A stretch of DNA of 64,000 nt from Leucoraja ocellata (Eukaryota), in the NCBI GenBank assembly GCA_036785375.1, contig JAWMAR010000001.1, positions 18,848,001 to 18,912,000 on the forward strand, written 5' to 3'. The notes under the pieces are model-generated. The model had not been told where the DNA came from. It saw only the letters and a list, made by a program, of their open reading frames with translations, and made no database searches. The position numbers and the translations under genes are program-made. Positions 38,817 to 51,641 of the stretch are shown here, piece after piece. The first letter of the stretch is position 1. The number at the start of each line of letters is the position of its first letter.

Positions 38817-40230
38817 TAGTGCCCTCCATGATGTTTGGGACAAACACCCATCATTTATTTATTTTCCTCTGTACTCCACAATTTGAGATTTGTAATAGAA
38901 AAAAAATCACATGTGGTTAAAGTGCACCATCACCTTTGCAAACTTTTATTGCTGTTTATCAACATGAGGACCAAAGTTGTGCCAATGAAAGCCAAAGAAG
39001 CCATTATGAGACTGAGAAACAAGAATAAAACTGTTAGAGACATCAGCCAAACATTAGGCTTACCAAAATCAACTGTTTGGAACATCATTAAGAAGAAAGA
39101 GAGCACTGGTGAGCTTATTAATCGCAAAAGGACTGGCAGGCCAAGGAAGACCTCCACAGCTGATGACAGAAGAATTCTCTCTATAATAAAGAAAAAGCCC
39201 CAAATACCTGTCCGACAGATCAGAAATACCCTTCAGGAGTCAGGTGTGGAATTGTCAATGACCATTGTCTGCCGAAGACTTCATGAACAGAAATACAGAG
39301 GCTGCACTGCAAGATGCAAACCACTGGTTAACCGCAAAAAATAGGATGGCCAGGTTACAGTTTGCCAAGAAGTACTTAAAAGAGCAACCACAGTTCTGGA
39401 AAAAGGTCTTGTGGACAGATGAGATGAAGATTAACTTATATTAGAGTGATGGCAAGAGCAAAGTATGGAGGAGAGAAGGAACTGCCCAAGGTCCAAAGCA
39501 TACCACATGATCAGTGAAACACGGGGGTGTTATGGTCTGGGCATGTATGGCTGCTGAAGATATTGGCTCACTTATCTTCATTGATGATACAACTGCTGAT
39601 GGTAGTAGCATAATGAATTCTGAAGTGTATAGACACATCCTATCTGCTCAAGTTCAAACAAATGCCTCAAAACTCATTGGCCGTGGTTCAATCTGCAGTA
39701 AGACAATGATCCCAAACATACTGCTAAAGCAACAAAGGAGTTTTTCAAAGCTAAAAACTGGTCAATTATTGAGTGGCAAAGTCAATCATCCGATCTGAAC
39801 CCAATTTAGCATGCCTTTTATATGCTGAAGATAAAACATGCATAAGCTAAAGATGGCTGCAATACAGGCCCGGCAGAGCATCACCAGAGAAGACACCCAA
39901 CAACGGTGATGTCCATGAATCGCAGACTTCAAGAAGTCATTGCATGCAAAGGATATGCAACAAAATACTAAACATGACTACTTTCATTTACATAACAGTG
40001 CTGTGTCCCAAACATTATGGTGCCCTGAAATGGAGGGGACTATGTATACACATTGCTGCAATTTCTACATGGTGAAACCAAAATATATAAAAATTGCCTT
40101 TATTAAAATCTGACAATGTGCACTTTAACCACATGTGATTTTTTTTCTATTACAAATCTCAAATTGTGGAGTACGGAGGCAAATAAATAAATGATGGGTC
40201 TTTGCCCCAAACATTACTGGAAGACCACTA
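38817..40230 (+). mobile_element. Tc1-family DNA transposon (IR/DR type, Passport-like), defective
   Basis: Terminal inverted repeats (left 38817-38927, internally deleted; right about 40003-40230); TA at the left flank; encloses a transposase relic. Confidence 0.93.
38964..39971 (+). pseudogene. Tc1 DD34E-type transposase pseudogene
   Basis: HTH region with GRPRKT, WTDE, KHGG, DNDPKHT and S(S)DLNPI; several stops and frameshifts; third catalytic E codon is TAG. Confidence 0.92.
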
Positions 40231-41707
40231 TGTTAAAATAGCTTATATAAGAAAGTAGGCTATTTTCTTCTTCATTGTCTGCAATAATCATGGTTTATAT
40301 TCCATCTCAACTCTTAACCTTCTGAACTAACCTTTCCTATTTGAAAATACAGCAAATCTAGGTTGAATGTGTTTCAGAGATATTTACCAACATCTAAGCT
40401 TTCTTTAGGCCATAAGGTCTGAAAATTTGATCGTTTTTAGTTCCATTAGTTACTCATGTTCCTTTTCTCTATAAATAATATTTTAAAGTTCCTTATTTGC
40501 ACCACTTTTATTTTGGATCACTTTCAATTTCAATATAAAATTCTATGATGATGATGGTTCCCTGGAGACACCTTCACAACAACAATATTGCAGATTATCA
40601 AGTGTTGCACAAAAATAGGTTTAAAATTCATCCTTCCTAGTTGTCCCATTATATATACTTCGAGGAAACTGGCACAATTAATAAACATCCTCTACTGGTT
40701 TGTTCAGTCTACGTGAAGATTAAAGATTCCAATTACTATACTGGTCTTGTTACATTCTTGTTTAATTTTCGGATTACAGCCTGCCTAACTGACCAACACC
40801 CTGTTAACATAGGTGGGGAAAAGTGAGGGCAGGGAAAAAGAAGAAGAAATGGCACCATCACCTACTTCAACGTTTTGGCTCTTAGTCCCACCATCATCGT
40901 CAATATCCTGACTATCTAAGCTAAGAAATGTTCTATTTATTCAATAGTTCTCCCTTAGCTAGCATTTCTCTTTATAGTGGCATTACAACCATCGCATCAC
41001 ACCTGAGAGAAGGAAGAGAAAGCTAATTAACCATGCCTCTTGATTGGTTTACAGCTTGCTGAAAAAAATGTATGCCTGATTGTTGGGTGAGATAGTTGCA
41101 ATGTTTCCAACAGTCAAAAAATTTGACATATTCACAGTCAAGATTTGTATTAGAGATTGATCATTTGGGCAAAGGACCAACAGTAAACTGGCACCCGTGT
41201 TCATCACTAGTCCTTTGCCCAGTGGGAGGATACAAAATCCACAACAAATTAAAAAAAAATGTGCAAGGTATTACATAGAAAAAGAAGCGCATCAGACCCT
41301 AAAAAAAGGAGTAACATTATGAAGTATGCAGTGGGGCAAATACAGAATAGCAAAATTACCACAAGGACAACATTTTGAACAGAAGCAATCAATAGAAGAT
41401 TTAAAAAGTAACTGTACATTCTAAAAATACATAAAATGCAAATATCAACATTGCACAGCAAAATAAATCCACGATTAAAAATAAATCTGCACCAAATTAT
41501 CAATTCAGACCACATCTCAAGAAGGTCGTTATTTTCTTAGGGAATTAAAAATGAAACAGCTTTTTTTTAGCAATATATTGCAAATATAAGGATTTGCCAT
41601 TTGAAATCTTCCCTAAATATGGCGTTTATTGTTTTTCTCAATGAGGTAGGGTACATTGCATTTTGGAAAAAAAAATTGCATATTTCTCATTCCCATTTAA
41701 CGCTCAC

Positions 41708-42050
41708 CAATCTCAAGTGCGTCTCAACCGATGAGAGACCGGCAAAATAAGACAAAAGATCGCTGCGACGGTTGAAAGCCAGCCAAATACCGGGACAGGA
41801 AATAAAAAACTACATTAAAAAAAAATACGAACATCGACACACACACAAACACACACACAGTGGGAACTTGAAAATTGCAATAGAATTCTGGTCTCGCTCT
41901 CTCTGTAGTAAAGTAGTTTTTGCTGGGTACTGAGGTCCTGATGAATGGTTGCTTGCAGGCACCGCCTCCCCAAAACGCAACGCTGTTTTGCATACGCTTA
42001 ATTGCTGTCACACATTTTTGGCAGTTTGCCCATCTCATAACCAAACAGAC
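41708..42050 (-). other. Candidate alternative first exon/promoter of TNRC6B
   Basis: Local CpG enrichment at 41700-42140 in an otherwise CpG-poor intron; donor TTG|GTGAGC; no clear acceptor. Confidence 0.4.
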
Positions 42051-43011
42051 GACTCTCGCTGAAAAGGTGGGAGGTGGCAGAGAAAGCAGAACCCCGTGTA
42101 GTTTTCACAACATCGCACTGAAAGAATTATGCCGAGGTGACTAGAGAAAATGGAGGCTGGAATTTGAAGAACAGTAGGGAAAGAACTTTATTAACCCTTG
42201 GCTGCCATAAACAGATTCATTGGTCTGAATTAAAACACACGTTTCAAATTATACTGCACATAACGAATAGGAGTTCATCAGATATTGGGGCATCTGAAAT
42301 CAAAAAGATCTTCCTGGAAATAAAAACTCAATCAAGAAACAGTTCTGGTGCTATCCATTCCACAATTTTCCTGAGCATTTCAACAGGGAAATAATCAATT
42401 GTTTTTTAATCTGTGATGACAGAGGAAAGAATATTTAAAAGCAAAGAGAAAGACAAAATTGTGCTTGGTTGTGATGGTTTGCACTAATCATGCTAATCAC
42501 AAATGGATGACCTGCAGCCATCCTATTGAACAAATCACAAATCAAACTACTTGGGAGATTGCACAATGAGATGGTATGTTCCATTGTTCAACTAACATTG
42601 CGTTATCTCAATTTAGATGAATGTGGTCAAAAATCACTTGATACCATGCACTACAAAAATCTACTGTTCATTCTTGCAAGTTTCAATTGACCCAACAACT
42701 ATAGTTTGTATTATGGTAAGGCAAATAGTAGTTCTTCCTAGATTTGTGTCGGCTCCAATTTCATTTTCCAAGTGGAGAAGTCCAGATGAATAGTTACATC
42801 AATTGATGGATTTGCAGATCAGCCCAGATCATTCCCAGAATACAGATGGGCAACATTTACAATTTCACTTCAAGGTGCATTTCACAGCTCAATGGACATA
42901 ATATTAAACGCTTCACACAACTGTTGTCAAATTGTGCGAGTTCCACTCTTCCTGTTTTTGTTATAATGCAGTTTTAGACAATGTGCTAACCAACAGCAAT
43001 TCAATGAACAT

Positions 43012-43110
43012 TTATATATATATTATATATATATATACACACACACATACAATACACATACAATAATAACACACAATAATAACATACAATAAACAACACA
43101 CTAATAATAA
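43012..43110. repeat. (TA)n/(CA)n low-complexity tract
   Basis: Seen directly. Confidence 0.8.
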
Positions 43111-43450
43111 GCTAGTTTTCAGATGAGGAATAGGTGCATTTTTAAAAGTCCTTTTTATCAGGAATTAGTTATTTTTATTAATTTCTTCAGAAAAACAATC
43201 CTGAGACAAACCTAAATAGCCATGTAAATGTCTGTATCAAAATCCGTACAAGTTGGCGTACAATTTTATCACATGTAGAAAGTTCATGTGCAATCTCCCA
43301 AATTCTATTCATTCCCTTGGTGAAGAATTTGCCATGTGCAGTTTCATATTCCACTGTTACAGCATCTCATTTTGTTACTGCATATCTTACATATTTTACA
43401 AAGATTTTACTAACTTAGATTATGCTACAATATCTTTGTACAACTACCTC

Positions 43451-44122
43451 AGCATGGCATGCAGGTGCAGCAGGCAGTAAAGAAAGCGAATGGTATGTTA
43501 GCTTTCATAGCAAACGGATTTGAGTATAGGAGTAGGGAGGTTCTACTGCAGTTGTACAGGGTCTTGGTGAGACCACACCTGGAGTATTGCGTACAGTTTT
43601 GGTCTCCAAATTTGAGGAAGGACATTATTGCCATAGAGGGAGTGCAGAGAAGGTTCACCAGACTGATTCCTGGGATGTCAGGACTGTCTTATGAAGAAAG
43701 ACAGGATAGACTTGGTTTATACTCTCTAGAATTTAGGAGATTGAGAGGGGATCTTATAGAAACTTATAAAATTTTTAAGGGGTTGGACAGGCTAGATGCA
43801 GGAAGATTGTTCCCGATGTTGGGGAAGTCCAGGACAAGGGGTCACAGCTTAAGGAGAAGGGGGAAATCCTTTAAAACCAAGATGAGAAGAACTTTTTTCA
43901 CACAGAGAGTGGTGAATCTCTGGAATTCTCTGCCACAGACGGTAGTTGAGGCCAGTTCATTGGCTATATTTAAGAGGGAGTTAGATGTGGCCCTTGTGGC
44001 TAAGGGGATCAGAGGGTATGGAGAGAAGGCAGGTACGGGATACTGAGTTGGATGATCAGCCATGATCATATTGAATGGCGGTGCAGGCTCGAAGGGCCGA
44101 ATGGCCTACTCCTGCACCTATT
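43451..44122 (+). mobile_element. Young 5'-truncated CR1 LINE (open RT C-terminal ORF 43459-44046)
   Basis: LYRVLVRPHLEYCVQFWSP...LRGDLIETYKIF...NLWNSLP, then 3'-UTR ending ctcctgcacctatt. Confidence 0.95.
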
Positions 44123-46099
44123 GAACCTTTCTTTATACTCACCATATTAAGTCAAACTCCAAGCAGTATATTTTACTGAACCACAAAAGGGAAATGATGT
44201 AGCATGCTACAAAAAAGGGATCAGATTGCTATCCCCATGAAGCCCAATATTTTATCTGATCTTAAACACTATTCAACTTCAAATCATATCCTTCAATGTA
44301 TTTTCAATCCACGGGTCACAAGTAGGATTTGAAATCTGAATTTTAAGAGACTCGAGCACCACCGAGGGAGCATTGCACTATCAGAGATATAACCTTTCAG
44401 ATTTGAAGCCAAGGCCCTCTCAGATAAATGCAAAAAATGCCACGGCATTCTTTTGAAGAGTAGCATAGATATCTGAGTACTTCCAATATTTATGATTCAA
44501 TTAACATCACTCCAAACATTTGGATCATACTGCTCATTGTTAAAACATATACTGCACAAATTGGTTGTATGTTTCCTACCCGACATTAACATTATCTGCA
44601 ATAACAGCATTGTGAATTAAGCTATGCAAATACTAGTATTTTTATTTGCTTTATATAATCAAATAGACTCTCAACAGACTCTCAACAATATTTTTACTCA
44701 TACACACCGTATTTTGCAGCTCGTAAAATATTCAGGCTTTCTCCACTTGATTGTTTTTAAATGAACAAAGCATAAAAATATCCATGACCTTGCATTGAAA
44801 TTTTCGACGATATTACCAAGGATACAAACCACCATTCCGTAACCTCAACCTAGACCACAAGCTACCAAGAATAAGAGAAGTAAGGCCAAAAAGTATCTAC
44901 TGTTAACACAATATATTGAAAGCAAAACAGAAAACACTGGAAACACTCAGAATGTCACTGCAATTGAGGAAAGTGGCAAATTTAGCATTTTGCATTAAAG
45001 ACCCTTCATCAATACTGATGACGCTTTGACGAATGAACTGTGACAATCATTAATCGTTGCCTTTTTCACAGATGCCAATTGATACGTTGACTGTGTCCTG
45101 TACTTCCCATTTCCGATTTTCTGTATCTCCACTTTTCCTTTGATTTTCAACACCAAAATACCCCTCTAGACCGCTATACACAAAATATTTCAATGAATAT
45201 CACGTGTTGCTCACTAGATAAATGATATCTCCGTTAATGTTTGCAACAGAACTTCTTAGCGGCAAATTAACAAAATTGCTGAAGTATGTACAAAAAACAT
45301 TTTTTTTTTTAAATATGTCTAGTTTCTTTGTGAACATTTTCTAGAGCAGGAAGAAAACTACTTCTACATTGTTAGCTACAGCTTTCTGACTAAATATTAG
45401 CCAACCAATCATCACAACTTTTGTAACAGCTGGAATTCCAACAATGTAATCTTCTATACCTAATGGATTATATCTATTTTAATTAATTAATACCTTCAGG
45501 AAGGACGCACAAAGTCGCCCATTGATACACAAGGATAAACACCTTAAGACGGAGAAAAGCTAGCTACTTAAGGATGTTATTTTAGCCTGGGAGCTGACCC
45601 AACAACATTTCAGAAATCAGAATACAGTTTTCCAAATCATTTAATGCGCAGCATCAGATACAATGATAGGTTTAGATGAGAAGCATAAATTGTATCAAAA
45701 TCCAGTTCTCTTCCATCTTCTGAAACCTATCCTATATGATCAAATATTTTACTTTGCAAAACCATATGCAGCTCAGCATTATATTCTGTCTGATAATCAC
45801 TTCTGTGCAGCTTTTTCGGTTGGGTTAAATCATTTGTTTCTGTGCTGCAGACTTACGATATCTTGTATAAGAAAACAAAATTGCATTTTTCCCCAAGAGA
45901 CCATAAGACATTGTAAATTAAAGAATAAAGTCTGGGTCAAACCAGCAACAGGTAATTAACATATTAGAATAACTTGCGTCAGACATAGAATACATTCATT
46001 ACTTAATTCTTCAGACTTTCTCCTAGCTGGCTTTCTACTTACTGCTTCCATAACCCTAAGGCCTTACAAATTTCCACTTCCCCTTTCCTAACTTCCACC

Positions 46100-47045
46100 A
46101 CTTCATTAATCCATCACTGTACATTCATTGCTAAACTCTCAGAGAATAATTTTAAAATTCTTATCCTTGTTTGGAGAATCCCTCAAAGACTTGCCCACCA
46201 AAGTGATTTTCCACAACCACATCCCTCCTCAAACTCTCTCTATCATCTCTTCCAACTATCATCTCTTCCAAACTCATTACCCTCCAAGCACTTTACCGAC
46301 TGCAGACTTCAGACACTCCCAAACTCAATTACTACACTGTTGGTAACCATGACTTCAGTTGCAGGGCCTTAAACTCTGTAATTTCCTCCCAGCCTCCCTT
46401 TCCTCCTTTAAGATTTGCCTTGAAAACTATCACAACAATCAAACTTTTGGCAATTTGAACTCATCCCCTATGTGGCTCAGTGTCAAGTTTTGTTTGATAA
46501 TCGCACTGTGAAGCCACTTAAATTTAATAAGGTAGAATACATGTTATTCTTGTTAAAACCAACTCCCACAACTACAAACTGACATATGTTATTTAAAACA
46601 TTCTAAAACCTTACCACCATTAATACTGCACAAATCACATGTGATGAAATACTCTACACCTACATGGATGCATGCAGCTCCATCAACACTCAAGAAATTC
46701 AATGCCAACAGAATAACGCTTTGCACTTCCTCAGTCACTGGTGCACCATCTACAGAATGCCGAGGTGCTCACTTGGGCTATTCCAATATCATCTCCAAAA
46801 CCTGCAACCTGTAGCACCAAAGAAAACAGCAGCAGGCTCACTGGACACAGCCACCTGTTGGTTTCTTTCCAAACCTTACACTATCCTCATTTGGAAATAT
46901 CAGTATTTTTTTCAACATCACTACACCTGGAACCCTCTCTAGAAACACATGGGAGTATCTTCACCATATGACCTGCAATGGCTCAACAAAGCAGCTTATT
47001 ACTAACTTCACCGAGCAAACAGGGAAGGGCAATAATTGGTGACCC
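46100..47045 (+). mobile_element. Two old LINE 3' ends (L2-like 46100-46530; CR1/L2-group 46600-47045)
   Basis: Decayed resemblance to LINE 3' ends. Confidence 0.45.
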
Positions 47046-47341
47046 ATTGATTTCAGCTTGTAGCCTATGTTCAGGCCCACCCCTGTTGTCTGGCATCCGC
47101 TCGATTGATTTGAGCTTCTAACGTATCCTGGTATTCCCTGCTGGCATCCCTGGTAGACATGGAGATCATACTTCGACTTCTAGTACAGCAAAGGCTCGAC
47201 CTTCTTGAAAGTCTTGAAACTGGACTTCAGCAGAGATTGAATCTCCCAGTTCATTCAACATTTATGCTTAGTATAGACCCCAATAGTCTTTGGTGGAATG
47301 CAGTTGTCAATGCATTTCTTGATGAAACCAGTAATGACTAA

Positions 47342-47800
47342 GGTAGACACAAAAAGCTGGAGTAACTTGGCACCATCTCTGGAGAGCAGGAATGGGTGAT
47401 GTTTCGGGTCGAGAACCTTCTTCAGACTGATTAGGGATAAGGGAAATGAGAGATGTAATCGGTAATCTGGAGATATAATGAACGACGAATAAAAGATATG
47501 CAAAAAAGTAACAATGATAAAGGAAACAGGCCATTGTTAGCTGTTTGTAGGGTGAAAACGAGAAGCTAGTGTGATGGGTGGGGGAGGGATAGTGAGAGAG
47601 GGAATGCCGGGGCTACCTGAAGTGAGAGAAATCAATATTCATACCACTGGGCTGTAAGCTGCCCAAGCGAAATATGAGGTGCTGTTCCTCCAATTTGCAT
47701 TTAGCCTCACTCTGACAATGGAAGAGATCTAGGACAGAAAAGTCTGTGAAGGAATGGGAAGGAGAATTAAATTGTCCGGCAAGGGGAGATCAGGAAGGTT
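47342..47800 (-). mobile_element. PLE 3' end with GIY-YIG C-terminus and hammerhead core
   Basis: AGQFNSPSHSFTDFSVLDLFHCQSEAKCKLEEQHLIFRLGSLQPSGMNIDFSHFR*; CTGAAGAAGGTTCTCGACCCGAAACATC. Confidence 0.88.
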
Positions 47801-47809
47801 CAGTCTAAG

Positions 47810-48365
47810 GTGTATATTCATTGTCTGGATGTAGTGATCTTGAACATGTTCCCATCCTCTGAGTCAAGCCAGTCATCCTCTTCAGTCTATTGCTGTGTTG
47901 CTCTCATTGGTGCTGCCTCGTGTTTCAATGCCAGTCTGAAAGCAGGCAGCAGCAGCACCGGCAGCTGACCTGACGGGGTGAAATGAAGGGAAGGGATTGG
48001 TGTACTTTGGTGGTATAGCAGTGGTCTAGAATGTTAAACTCAGTGTGAGGCAGGAGACATGCTGCTGGTATTTGCGCAGTACGCGCCTGAGATTTGCTTG
48101 ATTGAAGTCATCAACGATGATGAACAGAACATCAAGATTCTCCATCTCAACAGTGTGTAATTCATCCAGTGTAATCTTAGCATTGGCTTGGAATGGTACA
48201 TTAACCACAAACAAGATGATAGACATAAATTCCCTCAGTGGATAAAAGGTACACAAATTTATGATTAGGTATTCCAGTTGAGGGGAGAAGAATTGAGCCA
48301 AGATTGTAAAATCTTACCCGTGGATTCTGTACAGTCCATATGATGAATAGAGAAACGCTCAGGTT
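47810..48365 (-). mobile_element. Rex-Babar endonuclease-region fragment
   Basis: SPQLEYLIIN..FYPLREF..FIIVDDFNQANLRRVLRKYQQHVSC. Confidence 0.7.
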
Positions 48366-51300
48366 AAACATTCAATTAAAAATCGACAATGAGGTGCAAA
48401 AGACAATATTAAAACAAAATTAAACAGAATAGTCTGTCAAACATAGAGAAACAAAAAATTGCAAATGCTGGAATCTTGAGCAAAAAGCACTGCTGGAGGA
48501 ACTCAGCATGCCAGGCAGTATCTGGAATAAAAATGGTCAGACAACATTTTGGGTTTTCAACATAAACAATAAAATGGGTCGCTAAAATTCTGAGCAAAGC
48601 ACAAATCAGACGAGAAGTCTTAGAAGTGCCAGCACAGTAAACAAACATGAAGAGCATTAAATATACATTTCAAAACAGAAGAACATATCTGAAGTTAATC
48701 TGCCATAACATTAAACACAAGAAGCACTTTAATATATTTACAATGAGTAAAAGCTAGATAAATGGACACCTTTGGATTCATAAGGACATCTCTGTGCTGG
48801 CACCCAAAGACAATACATTTTCAAACTCTGACCACAGTATGTGGTTTAACTCCCATAGCATAGGTCTGGCATTCCAGTGCAATAGTACAAATAATTATTG
48901 CACAAGGACTTCTTCTGCTTTCTCCAGTGGGCATTGAGGATTTCATAGCACTATACTGAAGTATAGCGTGTGATACAAGCATCATCGTTCGACAAATATA
49001 ATTAAATTAGACTTTGTGCCATTTTTACACTTTTTTGTAGAAGCATTGTTAAACACTGAACTGGCTACCCCACTTCCAACAGTACTTTATTGGCCGTAAA
49101 AAAAACACTTCCCAAAGTATAAGAAAGCCTTAAATAAAAACAAGGTTTATTCAGGATATTACAACAATACAAAATAGGACTATCCCAACACCAACTAGTT
49201 TTTTACGACCTACAGAACAGATTAAAAACAATACAATAGAGCTTCAAACGACAGTGCCAACAGCAAAGGGCAATGCTAAAAACCCAAGCACAAGCACATG
49301 ACTAACATTTTGAAAACAAAAGTTCTCAATGTACCAGACGTTTTACAATGTAACAACAGGATTACAAAAAAAAATCACTGACAGTATGTAGAGGAATGGA
49401 TGAGGGCTGAGGGCTTGAAAATGTCATTTAAAAGGATACTTTTTTAAAATTTTAGTTTCAGTATTTGATATCAACAGAACTTCAGCTGTTCAAAAAACTT
49501 GCAACAGATTACAAAACTAGTCAGTCCATTATTAAATTATGATGCTTAAATTAAATTAAATCTATTAGAATATTAGCACCGTTGAAACTTGAAGAGTTGC
49601 TTACCTTTTAATATCAGATTTGCATGGGAGAAGTAAACTCACGATTCAAATTGTACACCAGTTACATGCTCAGCTTGTAATTTTTCATACTTGATTAGTT
49701 TGGATGCGCTAATCAATATTTGAAAATGGCATGTGTAGTATCATCAAAACATTGGAAGATGAAACAGAGAATGCTCTTGCATAGATGTCTGCAGAGGACA
49801 TTTGAAACTGATGCAGATAACTCTGATGCAGATAACTAGCGAATCAATTTATGATTTCTAGCTAGAATTATTCCTTCTCAGATAGACATTTTGGTAATTA
49901 TTTTGAGCGCTTACACAAAGTACTAAAATTAAATGTTTTCTTTAAAAGTTTTTTTCAAAGTCACATAAAACTCAAAAGAACTCGGGCAAATTTCAAACTG
50001 GCTTGAAAAGCATGGGAGCGTTAGACAATGTTCCAACAGCCCAATGGTACAAATTAACCTTTCCAAAGGTCTATTGAGTCATCTGAATAGGCACTTTTAT
50101 TTATCCTATAAAAATCAATATACGAGAATTATACTTGCACAATCTTAAAGAATGTTGACCTAATTGCAATTTTGTTGTGTGGTATTGAGTCATCATTTTT
50201 GTTTAGTCTACAGGTTGACAGGAGATCCTATTGAACTGGTTCAAGGTCAAAGGTATCAATATGTTAAACCTTACATGACCTCAACAAACCACAGCTGAAG
50301 CTTAGGAGACTGCATGTAATCAAACAGAATGGATACAATTATTGATACAGAGCAAGGTGAGCAGGTCGAGGTACTTGCCCAGAGAGGAGGAAGAGGCTGC
50401 TAACATCATTATATTTAAGAGGGAACTGAAGAGGCATTTAGTGATAAAATCAATCAATATAGATATCAAACGGGTCCAAATTTCTGGCCAATTTTTACAA
50501 TTCTTCTTTTCTCAAATAGTAACATTTCAGTGCATATAAACAAAAAGATGCACTAAGAAAATGTTTATGAATAGAAAAGGCAATGAGTAGGAAGATAATG
50601 TAAGCACGTGAGAAAGATTATCAATTCAATCCACATTGGGACAATCCTCAACAATGCTGATGTTCAACAACATAGTACTAGTTCAAACAACTAGTACTCT
50701 TATTACTGCCTTGACATCTTTAAATGGAAAGTGATGACCAAACACTGAACATGTAAACTAAACCTTGATTAAGACCGATTTGCATTTCCCTTCCATAATA
50801 ATGAATGCCTTTGCTTTAATTTTTTTTTAATTTTACCACACCCCATTTCTTCTTCTTTCACTTTCTGTTTCTCTGAGCCTTCAGTGATTACTTTGCAATC
50901 CAAATATAAACTCTGCTTAGTCTGATCCTCTTCAGTTAATCCTGCATGTAGTGCATTTTTCAGACAATTTATCTTCAACATTTGAAATTATAAGCTTTAA
51001 CAAGAGATTTTTTGAACCCAGGTGTACTTCAATGTTCCCAAAAGAAATAAATGAACTTAAGTACAGCTCAAGAGCATCTGACAGAATTCATACAAATAAA
51101 CAAGGTTGGTAGATAGCCTATTCACAGGACAATCTAAATATACTGAAAATGGAACAAGCATGTAGAATGAACATTTCTTTTATTACCGTACATAAAGTTA
51201 AGAGATATAGAACTTGGAAATAAAGTGTTTTTTCAGGATGTAAAATTTGCACCTAAAACTCTTGATACCATAATGACATAGTAGTCGCTTTCTAAAACTT

Positions 51301-51483
51301 CCCATATCACTACTTATTTTGAAGCCTACCTCCTATTGGCCCGATGTTTAAACTTGTCTCACTGTGCTTTTATGTAACGTCATGGGATATTTCTTCTGTT
51401 AAATTAATAATAATTGCCAGTTATAGCTTCCCTAATCAGAATATGATCATCCCTCAAATATATGTATTTCTTTTGTCTCTTAC

Positions 51484-51641
51484 CTCAGAATACTGTTTGG
51501 CATTATCTTTAGAGATTTAGAGATAAAGGCGAACAATTGTGGAGATCGCTTTGAGGAATTATTTGAATTATTGCTGTCTAAAATTGATATGAATAACCAG
51601 AAAACAAAATCTTTCCCCAGAAAATTGCATATATTCCACAT
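51484..51641 (-). other. TNRC6B: Putative TNRC6B 5'-UTR exon (158 nt)
   Basis: Acceptor tttttgtatcttttaag| and donor GAG|GTAAGA; non-repetitive sequence. Confidence 0.55.

Noticed and set aside
43459-44046. 195-aa open ORF as a host gene
   Set aside because: It is the RT C-terminus of a 5'-truncated CR1
49605-49700. Donor-like AAG|GTAAGC
   Set aside because: No clear acceptor or promoter context
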